Shown in pieces: positions 48,008 to 57,900 of a stretch of 64,000 bases of DNA (positions are counted from its first letter, which is position 1; each line of letters opens with the position of its first letter). Source of the DNA: a virus (taxonomy: Duplodnaviria; Caudoviricetes); IMG/VR virus record IMGVR_UViG_3300017565_000002, positions 151,804 through 215,803 of that record; one strand, written 5' to 3'. The notes beneath the pieces are model-generated. The model ran no database searches. It had not been told where the DNA came from and saw only the letters and a list, made by a program, of their open reading frames with translations. A program made the translations under genes and the position numbers.

Positions 48008-48057
48008 AAATAATTACCTATCCATTATGTACCACTTCTCCTCTCTCCTTCAATAGG

Positions 48058-48067
48058 ATGATATATA
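48058..48067 (-). promoter_or_regulatory. Putative early promoter TATATATCAT
   Basis: Flanked by ATAGG/CCTAT; lies between a terminator and a strong RBS. Confidence 0.5.
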
Positions 48068-48093
48068 CCTATAATCGATTTCAAAAAAGAAAA

Positions 48094-48115
48094 GCATCCG
48101 GGATATCCCGGATGC
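48094..48115 (-). terminator. 22-bp perfect palindrome terminator
   Basis: GCATCCGGGAT|ATCCCGGATGC followed by TTTTCTTTTTT on the minus strand. Confidence 0.75.
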
Positions 48116-48125
48116 CTTCTTTATT

Positions 48126-49004
48126 TTACTCTTCTTCCAGTGGACACATTTCCAGAAACGTCTCCGTTGTAAATTGATCACCTCTAGCGTTGGTTATGGT
48201 GGAAACCACCCTGATGTGAGACAACCACGCGATAACAGCACGAACCAATGACTGTCCACTCTCGTTCTTCGCTGGGTGGATAACAAGTAACCCCGGCAAA
48301 TCATTATCTTCATCAAGAATCGTGATTTTACAACCGGTAATCAATGCAAAAGTTAGAATACCGCCATCTTCATCTATCTCAACCTGTAAACCATCTTCAA
48401 ATGGTGCATGAATATTGTACCAATTCAGAAAACTCTCTTTCTCCCTAATCATTTCGTAAGACAGTGGTAGAGAGTTATAAACGGATGCAACGCTCATCCA
48501 AGTCGAACGTAGCATATTTGTCCATACAGCTGAAATTTCCGTCTTTCGACTGTCAAGCTCCTCTTTCGTTAGCGTATAATTGCTATGGGCTGTATACTTG
48601 GGAAGTCCAGCTGCTGTTCTGTATACGCCTGCCCGTTTCAATGCCGTTACACCAACCGGAAACCTAAGTGCAACCAGATCGTTTTCCGGAATGAAGAATA
48701 CGCCGGTTTGACGTATGGAATCTTCGAACTGGTAGATTGCATCAACTCGCATACCTTCAACATTTCGAAGCGTTACGGAAACATGTTCGAAGTTAGAATG
48801 TCCTTCAACCCACTTGTATTTTATCGACGGGTTATTATCACCATCTAACCATATGATCCACGTAGAATGGATGACTGAATTCATCTCGATCAATTGCTCT
48901 CTAACACGAGAGATAATCATAGGTGCCCGACGTTCCAATTTCTTTTCGAATATGTCCCTCAATTGAATCACTGCATTGTCCGAAGTGTTCTTTAAATTTT
49001 CCAT
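48126..49004 (-). CDS. Hypothetical protein (292 aa)
   Basis: AGGAGG RBS. Confidence 0.7.
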   Translation of the reverse strand: MENLKNTSDNAVIQLRDIFEKKLERRAPMIISRVREQLIEMNSVIHSTWIIWLDGDNNPSIKYKWVEGHSNFEHVSVTLRNVEGMRVDAIYQFEDSIRQTGVFFIPENDLVALRFPVGVTALKRAGVYRTAAGLPKYTAHSNYTLTKEELDSRKTEISAVWTNMLRSTWMSVASVYNSLPLSYEMIREKESFLNWYNIHAPFEDGLQVEIDEDGGILTFALITGCKITILDEDNDLPGLLVIHPAKNESGQSLVRAVIAWLSHIRVVSTITNARGDQFTTETFLEMCPLEEE

Positions 49005-49016
49005 TGTAAATTCCTC

Positions 49017-49454
49017 CTATAGTGGTTTATTGGGAATGCAAATTGTATTTATTAAAATATGAAGATCATCTTGATTGGCAACACTCATCAGACCCACTTG
49101 AGTTATTACATAAATAGGTATATGAATATTCAATAATGAAACTTCAAGCAGGACTTGATTCAAAGTAAATTCATTGGCTTGAAATTTCATCTCACCCTTT
49201 GCCAGGTCAATATGTATCATTTCGTTGTCGGGTGTTGTGACATCATAGGTACTCCGTCCAAGATCTTTCTTTATAACCAGTGGTTCGTTACCCCACTGTA
49301 AGGTTTCTGTCTCTTTCGAAAGTCTGGAGAGTTCTGCGTCATTTTGAGAAATGAATAAATCAAAACTTGGCAGATCAACGACGTCTCCTATAACGTTATA
49401 CAGTTTTGCAACTCCATCTCCCTGTGCCTTTATGGCACTTACCTTCAACTGCAT
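49017..49454 (-). CDS. Hypothetical early protein (145 aa)
   Basis: AAGGAGG RBS; early motif at 49487-49496. Confidence 0.7.
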   Translation of the reverse strand: MQLKVSAIKAQGDGVAKLYNVIGDVVDLPSFDLFISQNDAELSRLSKETETLQWGNEPLVIKKDLGRSTYDVTTPDNEMIHIDLAKGEMKFQANEFTLNQVLLEVSLLNIHIPIYVITQVGLMSVANQDDLHILINTICIPNKPL

Positions 49455-49486
49455 GCTAATTCCTCCTTCTTCTCTTATTCTAATTT

Positions 49487-49496
49487 ATGATATATA
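49487..49496 (-). promoter_or_regulatory. Putative early promoter TATATATCAT
   Basis: Lies between the terminator at 49524-49548 and the RBS. Confidence 0.5.
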
Positions 49497-49523
49497 AGTA
49501 CAATCAGTTAAAAGTACGGAAAA

Positions 49524-49548
49524 AAAGAAGCTCTTATTGAGCTTCTTT
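49524..49548 (-). terminator. Intrinsic terminator
   Basis: AAAGAAGCTC/GAGCTTCTTT stem plus T tract. Confidence 0.65.
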
Positions 49549-49869
49549 CCTTTGAGATCTCTTAAGATATAATGGCAAACGACTTATGTTTATTCCAAGG
49601 TCAACTAATTTACTAGCCATTTCATCCCGATCTCTTTTCGAAATTGTGAAATCGTGGAAAGATGAATGAAGCGTGTAATAGTCGATCTCATATCTCATTG
49701 GATATAGCTCACCCTGTTTATCTTTGAAATAGAGATTGCCGGTAGTAGGTCGATCAACCGAGTATAGGACGCTGGCGTTAATCTCAAATGCGAGTAGTTT
49801 GTAGAGACCCGGTTCACCCATGTCTACATAGACTTCGAAGTCTACGCCTTTAATAATCCTCATATCCAC
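49534..49869 (-). CDS. Hypothetical early protein (111 aa)
   Basis: AAAGGAG RBS; early motif at 49898-49907. Confidence 0.65.
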   Translation of the reverse strand: MDMRIIKGVDFEVYVDMGEPGLYKLLAFEINASVLYSVDRPTTGNLYFKDKQGELYPMRYEIDYYTLHSSFHDFTISKRDRDEMASKLVDLGINISRLPLYLKRSQRKEAQ

Positions 49870-49897
49870 AGCTCCTTTTATATTAACGTCTACGTTG

Positions 49898-49907
49898 ATA
49901 ATATATA
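49898..49907 (-). promoter_or_regulatory. Putative early promoter TATATATTAT
   Basis: Exact core motif 30 nt upstream of the start codon. Confidence 0.5.
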
Positions 49908-49924
49908 AGTCTAATGGATACTAA

Positions 49925-50139
49925 ACACGTACTCTCCCTCTACACGGGGGTCTCGCCTTCGCTCGTCCTCTGCCCTACCCCTTCTTAAGATCCCCGTTCC
50001 CGAATTGTTTCTCCTCTTTCACTTTCAGGCTAGTTCTGGTTCCCCCTATCGGGGCTATCTAGGGATTTCTAGTTTTCTTCTTCCTTGCACTTCACAGATC
50101 CCGCCCGTCCGCCCCTCTATGTCCGGTTATGGACATGTC
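49925..50139 (-). other. ORF-free purine/G-run-rich segment headed by a GACA-N6-TA motif; candidate ncRNA, origin or terminus signal
   Basis: Strong strand skew and G-runs; no ORF with a start and RBS on the minus strand. Confidence 0.35.
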
Positions 50140-50156
50140 AAATACCCGGTGAAAAA

Positions 50157-50184
50157 AGATAGTTCCCAATTAAAGGAACTATCT
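50157..50184 (-). terminator. Intrinsic terminator
   Basis: AGATAGTTCC/GGAACTATCT stem plus TTTTT. Confidence 0.7.
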
Positions 50185-50191
50185 CTTGGTA

Positions 50192-51895
50192 TTAATATTT
50201 GATTGTACGCATAAGCTCATTGCGTATGGAATCAAAGATAATATTCTTAAAGTTTCCGGGAATATTCATGATCTTATCAATTTTACCCGTTAAGAATACT
50301 TGAAGTTTGCGTGTCAGATCCGGCTGGTTAAGGTTCAATGCTGTTAGGTTTGCAATGAAATCTAGCAATGCTGTATTATTCATCAGATTCGTATAGCTAT
50401 CCGATTTTGATAATGCCATTGCACCATATAGATCTTTGAACGTAATAGATACCTTAATCTCCAGTGGAAGTCCAATCCGGCTAATGGAATCACCAGAGCC
50501 AAACCGTGTGATACTGATTTGGTCAACCATTCCAAGGCTACAGTTGAATATGCCGTTTGAAAATGCTTGTATTAAGAATGGTGCATAAAATGCATTTGCC
50601 CCAAATTGGCGGGGGAGTGATAATGCCAGTAGGAAATTCAATGGAACTGCTACATCCAAGAAGAACGCTTCCGGAATGCCATATGGTGTTGCTAAATGAA
50701 CATCCAAGGAATATGAACGAGAAAAGTTTGAATCCCGCCATATCTCCGGGAGGAGCATATTTGCACCGGCAAAGGTGGTAGTTACTCCACTCTTGAGATT
50801 ATTCCACAATGTATTCATTATGCCTTTACTACCTGCAATGCTATTGGTAAGGGTATCAATCCTTTGCTCAGCTAACTGCTCATTCATTGAATCCATAACT
50901 CGACCAGCACCAACCCCGAATAGGAATTCGGCTTCCTTTGCCATATTAGATGCATTATTCATTGCACCTTCCAGCATGGATTTATCGGTACTGTTTGAAG
51001 ATGACTCACTCATGGATGAACCGCCTTTGTCGAAATAAAAGGTCAATGCACCGTGAGCGCCTATCAGGTTGAAGATATTCTGTGCGTTTACTTCTATTGC
51101 TTCAGCATCCCATGTCATATTCTCATAAGTCTTCATCCCCTTACGCAGGGTAGACTTCCGAATGCCCAGATAGAGAGAAGTGATCCGGTTGAGAGTGTTG
51201 ACGTATTTCATATATTCGGCAAACTGTGTCTCAAAGCTATAGTATCTGGCATTCTTACCACCAAGGACATCTTCTAACAGATTACCCATGGTTTCCGCTG
51301 GTGCACTGGCTGCATTGGCTAATACTTGAGCCAGAGATGACCGGTCTTTATCATTGATACCTTTACCTGCTAAAAACCTCGGACCACCTGGGATCACTGT
51401 ACAAATCGGCATATCCATCAGAATATTCTCGGTGAATAGTCTGCCAAATTTCGAACCCGGTATACGCTCGTCCGCAGTTTCTAGAAATTGGTGCGGCATA
51501 CCCATAATTGATCTGGCAGTTTGGAGTTTAAACTGAACGTCAGATATTACTTTATACGTTTCGGTAATTGTGTTTCTAATCTGAGCAACTTCTTCTTTGG
51601 TATAAATACTGCCATCATTGATTGTCTTTGAGTCCGTTGTATTAGTGGCTGGGGCACTCGTTGTGGATACTTGCTCCAAGTAAATATTTTTCCCGTAGCT
51701 GATTGCAGACCAACCAGTGGAATGTTTACCCCATGTATTCCCTTGTGTATCTTTTTGGGTTTCCGTAACCCTGACATTTGTACCGTTTGGAATCGAGGCC
51801 CCGGCAAGTTTCGCCGAAGCATCCGGTGATACCCGGACGTTTAATGCCGATGCCACCACTTTATACGTGATATCTACAATTGCCATTAATTTCAC
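50192..51895 (-). CDS. SH3b-domain baseplate/tube-cap-like virion protein
   Basis: N-terminal ASALNVRVSP...NG...WGK..GWS (SH3b); C-terminal FSRSYSLDVHLATP...LEIKVSITFKDL (gp48/CIS tube-like). The start is probably the ATG at 51883. Confidence 0.65.
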   Translation of the reverse strand: MKLMAIVDITYKVVASALNVRVSPDASAKLAGASIPNGTNVRVTETQKDTQGNTWGKHSTGWSAISYGKNIYLEQVSTTSAPATNTTDSKTINDGSIYTKEEVAQIRNTITETYKVISDVQFKLQTARSIMGMPHQFLETADERIPGSKFGRLFTENILMDMPICTVIPGGPRFLAGKGINDKDRSSLAQVLANAASAPAETMGNLLEDVLGGKNARYYSFETQFAEYMKYVNTLNRITSLYLGIRKSTLRKGMKTYENMTWDAEAIEVNAQNIFNLIGAHGALTFYFDKGGSSMSESSSNSTDKSMLEGAMNNASNMAKEAEFLFGVGAGRVMDSMNEQLAEQRIDTLTNSIAGSKGIMNTLWNNLKSGVTTTFAGANMLLPEIWRDSNFSRSYSLDVHLATPYGIPEAFFLDVAVPLNFLLALSLPRQFGANAFYAPFLIQAFSNGIFNCSLGMVDQISITRFGSGDSISRIGLPLEIKVSITFKDLYGAMALSKSDSYTNLMNNTALLDFIANLTALNLNQPDLTRKLQVFLTGKIDKIMNIPGNFKNIIFDSIRNELMRTIKY

Positions 51896-51912
51896 CTCTA
51901 CTTTGTGACAAA

Positions 51913-51940
51913 CTTACGGAGGGAATTAACCCTCCGTAAG
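51913..51940 (-). terminator. Intrinsic terminator
   Basis: CTTACGGAGGG-ttaatt-CCCTCCGTAAG-TTTGT. Confidence 0.7.
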
Positions 51941-51949
51941 ATGTCTCTA

Positions 51950-54900
51950 TTAATACATTGTCCCAGCGGCTATTTCTGCAATCGTTCTACTCTTATCAAC
52001 CTTCTTTGCTCGATTATTGTTACCACCAGTAAAAGGATTTGGGGATCGGTCCGAGTTAGGAGAGCTGATTATTGCAACAGACGACGGACTCGATGCTTCT
52101 GATGATGTTGTACGCTTAGAAAGATATGCGCGCATAAGTTCATTGAACTCATCGGAATTATCGACCATCTTACCAATGCCTGATGCAATAATTTTCAGCA
52201 ATGTAACCATATCGGAATCTTCAGCTGTTGCTTTGGAATTAAGACTCTTGATCATTGTGTCAACACGTTCAACGAATGTAGTCGGACTTGGTGCACCCGT
52301 TACGCCACCCGGATAAGCTTCCGTGTCAGATTCACCTATACCATTCCCGACTGTTGGAGCCTGTGCGGCAGCCGGTATCATGGAGTTTGTGGTATAATAG
52401 CTACTACCACTTCCATAACCCGGTTTGATATATCCTGCAAACCCAGCTGCTGGATTGTGCGGGAGTCCAAACATGGATCTTAATCGGCTAACATCCCGAC
52501 CGTATACCTTAGTTTCGATCGGTTCTACGTGCCAGTTTTCATGCGCTAACGGTTTCCACAATCCATAGCTTTGCAACTGTGCATTTGACAAATTCCGTAC
52601 CCAATCCTGAACGTCAGCGGCCATACCAATGCTGTGATTACCCTTACCAACATCAGCTACCCATTTCCTACGTTCAGTTTCGGATGCACCCGGATGTTTT
52701 GCTCGCCATTCATTAATCAGTCGTTGCTGTTCCGAGTCACTTCTCCAACCACTACTTATACCAACAGTTTTCTTGTAAGCCGCGGCTAAACGATTCAACC
52801 GGTCGGCAAAGAAGTCGTGGACGTTTGTCTTCCCAGATAGACCAGAATACTTCTGCTTCAGCGAGCCTGAATAGGCATCAAGTGTACCTTGATTTGCAAA
52901 TTGAGTATAGTACGCATCAGTAGCAGTTGTATTGTAGACTGTACCTTCGAAAGTACCTTGACCCAAAATCTTATTCAAGGCATCGTTGTTATTAACCTCT
53001 CCAGTGTAGAACGGATCAGCAAATGAGAACGCTGAACTTGCACCTGTCAACATGGAGGTTATATCCGTTCCACCATACCGCTCATTGATATTTTCCGTAT
53101 ATGCTTTACCCACAATGCTTAAGAATTCCGACATGCTCTTTGGTCCGGTATCGGTTCCGTATAGGATGGAACTGGTTAAAATTCCATCATCGATATACGT
53201 ATTCACACCGGTTCCGTTCAATGCCACAACCTGAGACAGCATCCGCCCAGTATTCTTGAACAGATTCCGCTCAACGCGGTTAGCATATTCTTCCCCAAGC
53301 TCACTTCCGTTATAGCGGATAAGTGCCTTTCGGATATTACCCCCATAAGTTCTTATGTGGCTTGCAAGATAGTAAATCGACATCCGTGCATTGATGTGCT
53401 TATCCGTTCCCATAAGATCATGGTCATAGACACCAAGCTTAAGTTTCTCTTCGAACAACCATTTTCCGGTGGCCTTAAGGACTTGACCCCATCCGCTGGC
53501 AGTCGACTTCTTACTTCTGGCTTTCGAGTTATATCCACTCTCAACTTCTACCAATGCTAACCATAAGTGTGGGTCTAACCCATATTGCACGCAGAGCTGT
53601 TTGATCATTCGGATATCATCAACCGTCATATCCGACTGTGGTGCTCTAAGTGCATACCCGAATTCTCTTATGATTGCTTCATCACTATCATCTTTATGAA
53701 GCATACTGTAGCTTAACGTTCCACCTTTTGTCCACATGGAAGAAACGTTCTTTTGTCTTTGGAGCGATTCCAGAATTGGATTAGTTCCAATTGGTGCATC
53801 TGCAAACTTTTTCTGATATGGTGTCAATCTCAATAGATCTTCAACTTTGGTTTGTGTTAACCCCGTAGTTGGATTTGCCAACCTAACGACTGTATCTACA
53901 GGTTCCGAACTTTGAGTCGACGTTGTAGTAGGTTTGGAACTAGTTGTAGCCTTAGCGGTGGTTGTTACGTTATTTTGCAAACGAACTACAGTATCAACCT
54001 GTGGAGCAGCCGGTATGCTATTAACCAATTGATTTGATGCATTTACTGGACCTGTTGCATTTGATGGTTGAACTGGAGGTAACCCGGAAATGATACGCAA
54101 GAAGTTTGCCTGATCAGCCGGGATAACCATCTCACCCCTGTGGAGGAATGCCGGATAGTTATCATATGGCACAGCATCCAAACCTGATGCGTGACTTGTC
54201 CGTGTATCACCTCGTATAAAGCCCGAAATACGATTACCTAAACTTTTGATATCGTCTGAAGCATTGCTAGAATCGGCCTCCATTTTAGCTCTGGTTCCTC
54301 TACCTCTTCCACCCCAGAGTCTATCCCAACCATCAGCAATACTATTTCCGATATCCTTGGTTTTTTCCGTCGTTTTATTCCATGCATCATTGATGGATTT
54401 GCCAAGATCAAAGTCGAATAGATTTGTGATACCCTTTTTCATATCGCTTATGAGATCGCCCATAGGTTTCGCGACATGTGTTTTCCAAGCACCTTTAAAC
54501 TCGTCTCCGAGGAATTTGAAACCATCGCCGACTAGTTCTATGAAACCACCGAACGATGTTCCTACCCAATCGGACCATTTATCCCCGAAAAGAAGACCGA
54601 GTTCATCAAATGATTTACCAACAGAAGTGAATAGTTTGCGTACAGGTGAGACTATTAAGTCTGCAATACCGCTCATCGTTTCTTTTCTTCGGTGGTTGAT
54701 AGCTGCGCCAATATCGTACATCGCGCCACCAACAGCCGAACCCATTGATACGGTGGCATTGAATAAACCTGCGGTAATGTTTCGAACCGTTTCAACAGGT
54801 GCACTATTCAATATATCACTCGGTAGATCACGAATACCTTTCGATAACCATTTAGAATCAATAAGACCAAATGACATATTACCGACAAGACTTCCACCGA

Positions 54901-57900
54901 GCACAGATGCACGATCCCAGATATTAACCCGTTGACCATCATGCATACCAAGTGCGTCACGCACCCTATCGGTGCTTGTTGCAGATCTGACAGCTTTGAA
55001 TGTACCAACCGGCGTAAGTGCATCTAAAGCTTTGGAAGCAGGACCGGAAATATCATTCCATAATGCTTTAGTTTTTCTCCACAGCTTTTCTTCAAATCTA
55101 GCATTCTTTTCATGGTTCCAATCAGACTTACTCTTACCGGCCGCAGCAGCATCGGCTTCAAACTGCATTTGTGCGTTTCTAAGATCATCATATGCATCTT
55201 TGTCAGATATCGACTCATAGATAGCATTGGCGATCATGAGAAGAACGTTATATCTTCCACCCGTTAATTCGACCAAAACGGCGTTCAATAATTCAAGGAT
55301 AAAAACATAGCTTACGCCTAAGAGTGTCTTCATAATTGAAGATACAAGACGCATCTTAGGTGTTACATTTCCTTCATAGACGTTAAAGAGAAATGCTGCA
55401 TCACCTTTATGGATAAGTGCTGTTGTTGAGTTCCAGATTGCAAACCCAATTTCGGCTAATCCAAGGGTTGCAAGCGATGCCGATACTTTAATACTACCCT
55501 TCGTCATACCGTTTAACATTTTGGCAATGAATGACGGGTTCTTTGCAAACTTCCCGATGTTCGTTAAGATTTTATCTACAGCATTTCTAACGCCGGGCCC
55601 ACCAAGCTTTTGGATCGGTGCACTACTAAATACTTTCTGAAAGAAGTTTCGTAGTGCAGTCATAACCTTAGATCCATCATTCTTTACTACATCAATCGCT
55701 TTGGCTTCTCCGTCTTTTAGTACGTCGACGCCTATTTTGGTGGCTGCTTCCTTAGCAGCTTTCCGCTCGGCAAGACTAACGACATTGGATGCTGAGCCTT
55801 TAACTAGATTATCGCTCACCTCTCTAGCCGCCGCTGTGCCGCTCTCTTCTAACACCTCTACTCCAAGTTTAGCCGCCGCTTCTTTTGCTGCTCTCCGTTC
55901 GGCAATATCGACCACACCAGATGCCGACGACTTGACAGCATTTTTAGCGCCTTTTTCCAACGCCTCTTCGGCAACTTCACCGACAACTTTTGCACCTGTG
56001 ATTTTAGCTATTGCTTTAGCGATACGACCGCCTAGACCGAAAATAGTCCTAAGTCCTAATCGAGAGGCAAGTCTGGACAGCAACTTTTTGGGATTTGTAA
56101 ATAATGAGGCGAGCCCTGCCAATAATGGAAGGAGACCACCTAATAACTTATCCCAAATGCTACTTTGTTTGCCCATTGCAGAAATACCATCCGCAATTAG
56201 CGTTGTATTGACCGCTGTTTGATGTGCCATTCCCAATGTAGCTTCATCATAGGCGTGCGAACTATCCACTCTCTGTACCGTTTTGCCGATCAAATCAACC
56301 CGAGCAAGGACACCATGCTTGACGCTTCGAATGAGCGATCTCATTCCACGTCCTATCGTCCTCCAGAAACCTTTGACCTTTCGTTCACTGGTAACTCCCG
56401 GTTCATTAGTTTCGGTTTCCGTTGCAACTTGTGCACCATTCTTTCTGCCCGAAGCTTTAACTTCATCCTCAGATGGTACACCCTTAACCAACCGCAAAGC
56501 TCTCCTACGGGCATTGAATCTTGAACCTTTCGCCCCTTCGGAAAGTGGTCCTTCACTACATCCTACAAACCCGACACAATCAACAATCTTAACGACCTTT
56601 TCAACTGTTTCTACTTTTTCCAGTGTCCCACCGACAACTTCAACACGGTGGATACCTCCGGCAGCGGACGCAAATCCTTCAGCTTCTTTTACTTTTCCAA
56701 TTCCAACAAATCTACCTGCCATTTTCAACCCGCCGAATACTAGGTTTTTGGCGAAATTGGCAAGTTTTAATACGGTGCTACCCAATATAGATGAGAGATC
56801 AATTAATCCTTTTACAACCTTTGGAATTGCATGGGTCGTCATAGAAACCAGTGAGGTTCCTAAGTCAACTGCACTTCGCACTGCACCCGTTATTGCAATA
56901 CCAAATCCCTTTACAAGTGTTCCAAACGCTTGTCCTGTTGCATGTATTACCGTATTAAGAACTTTGAAGGGTGCAAGAAGGAGTTGACCAATTGCCGGGC
57001 CAACCATTTTGACCCCTTGTAATAAACCATCTGCTGCGATTCTAACGGTTTGGAAAATACCCCGTGCAATTTTTAACGGAAGCTTTACAACGTTGATCAT
57101 CACATCTCCAACAGTTTTAACCACTGAAGATGCAACATCCCCAACTTTCTTCAAGGGTTCTACCACAAGCATGTGGGCCAACTTACCCAATCCTCTGATA
57201 GGACTGGTGATTACATTCATGATTGTACCGATAAGTCCTCTGCGTCTGAAGTTCCCTCTTTTCGCAATCTCGGTCGGCATCATTGTTGGCTTTCCGAACT
57301 GATCGGTCAAGATGTTCGCAATGTATTCAAGGTTCCAACCTACGCCATTCAATTGACCTTTAATTTCGTCACGAATGACTCTCAGATGATCTTCTATCTT
57401 ATTCACATGCGACATCAATTTCGTTAGATTAATATGACCTGTAGCTCCACCAGTATTAGCCGAAGACGAGCTAGACGTTGTATGAGTGGTCGCATCCGGC
57501 TCTTTCTTATCGGATTCCGGCTTATGGACGACCTCATTGATTGCGTCCATACCACTCTTAGGTGCACTAGGTGTTTGTATAATCGGTTCGTCGGGTTTCT
57601 TTGGTGCTTTTGGTGTATCGACAGGTTTTTCATCTTTCGGCTTAGACGACAATTCACCATCATCTTTGACGTCTGCCGTTATGATATCGCTAAACAGATT
57701 TCTAAACCATTGGCGGAAATTCTTTCTATTCCGTTTAGCTTCATCACTATTGGAGGATGCGTCCACCTTAACATTGGCGTTAATCATATTATTGAATAGA
57801 TCCGTAAACCACGACTTAACGGTGTTCTTTTTCTCCGGTTTACCCGTGGGTTCCACCGGGGTTTCTTTAGGTTTATTCGAAGAAAAGACATTCTTCAGTG

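Noticed and set aside
51951-51962. GACA-N6-TA motif at the tape measure stop
   Set aside because: It lies upstream of a strong terminator, so it may be chance; not counted as a promoter.
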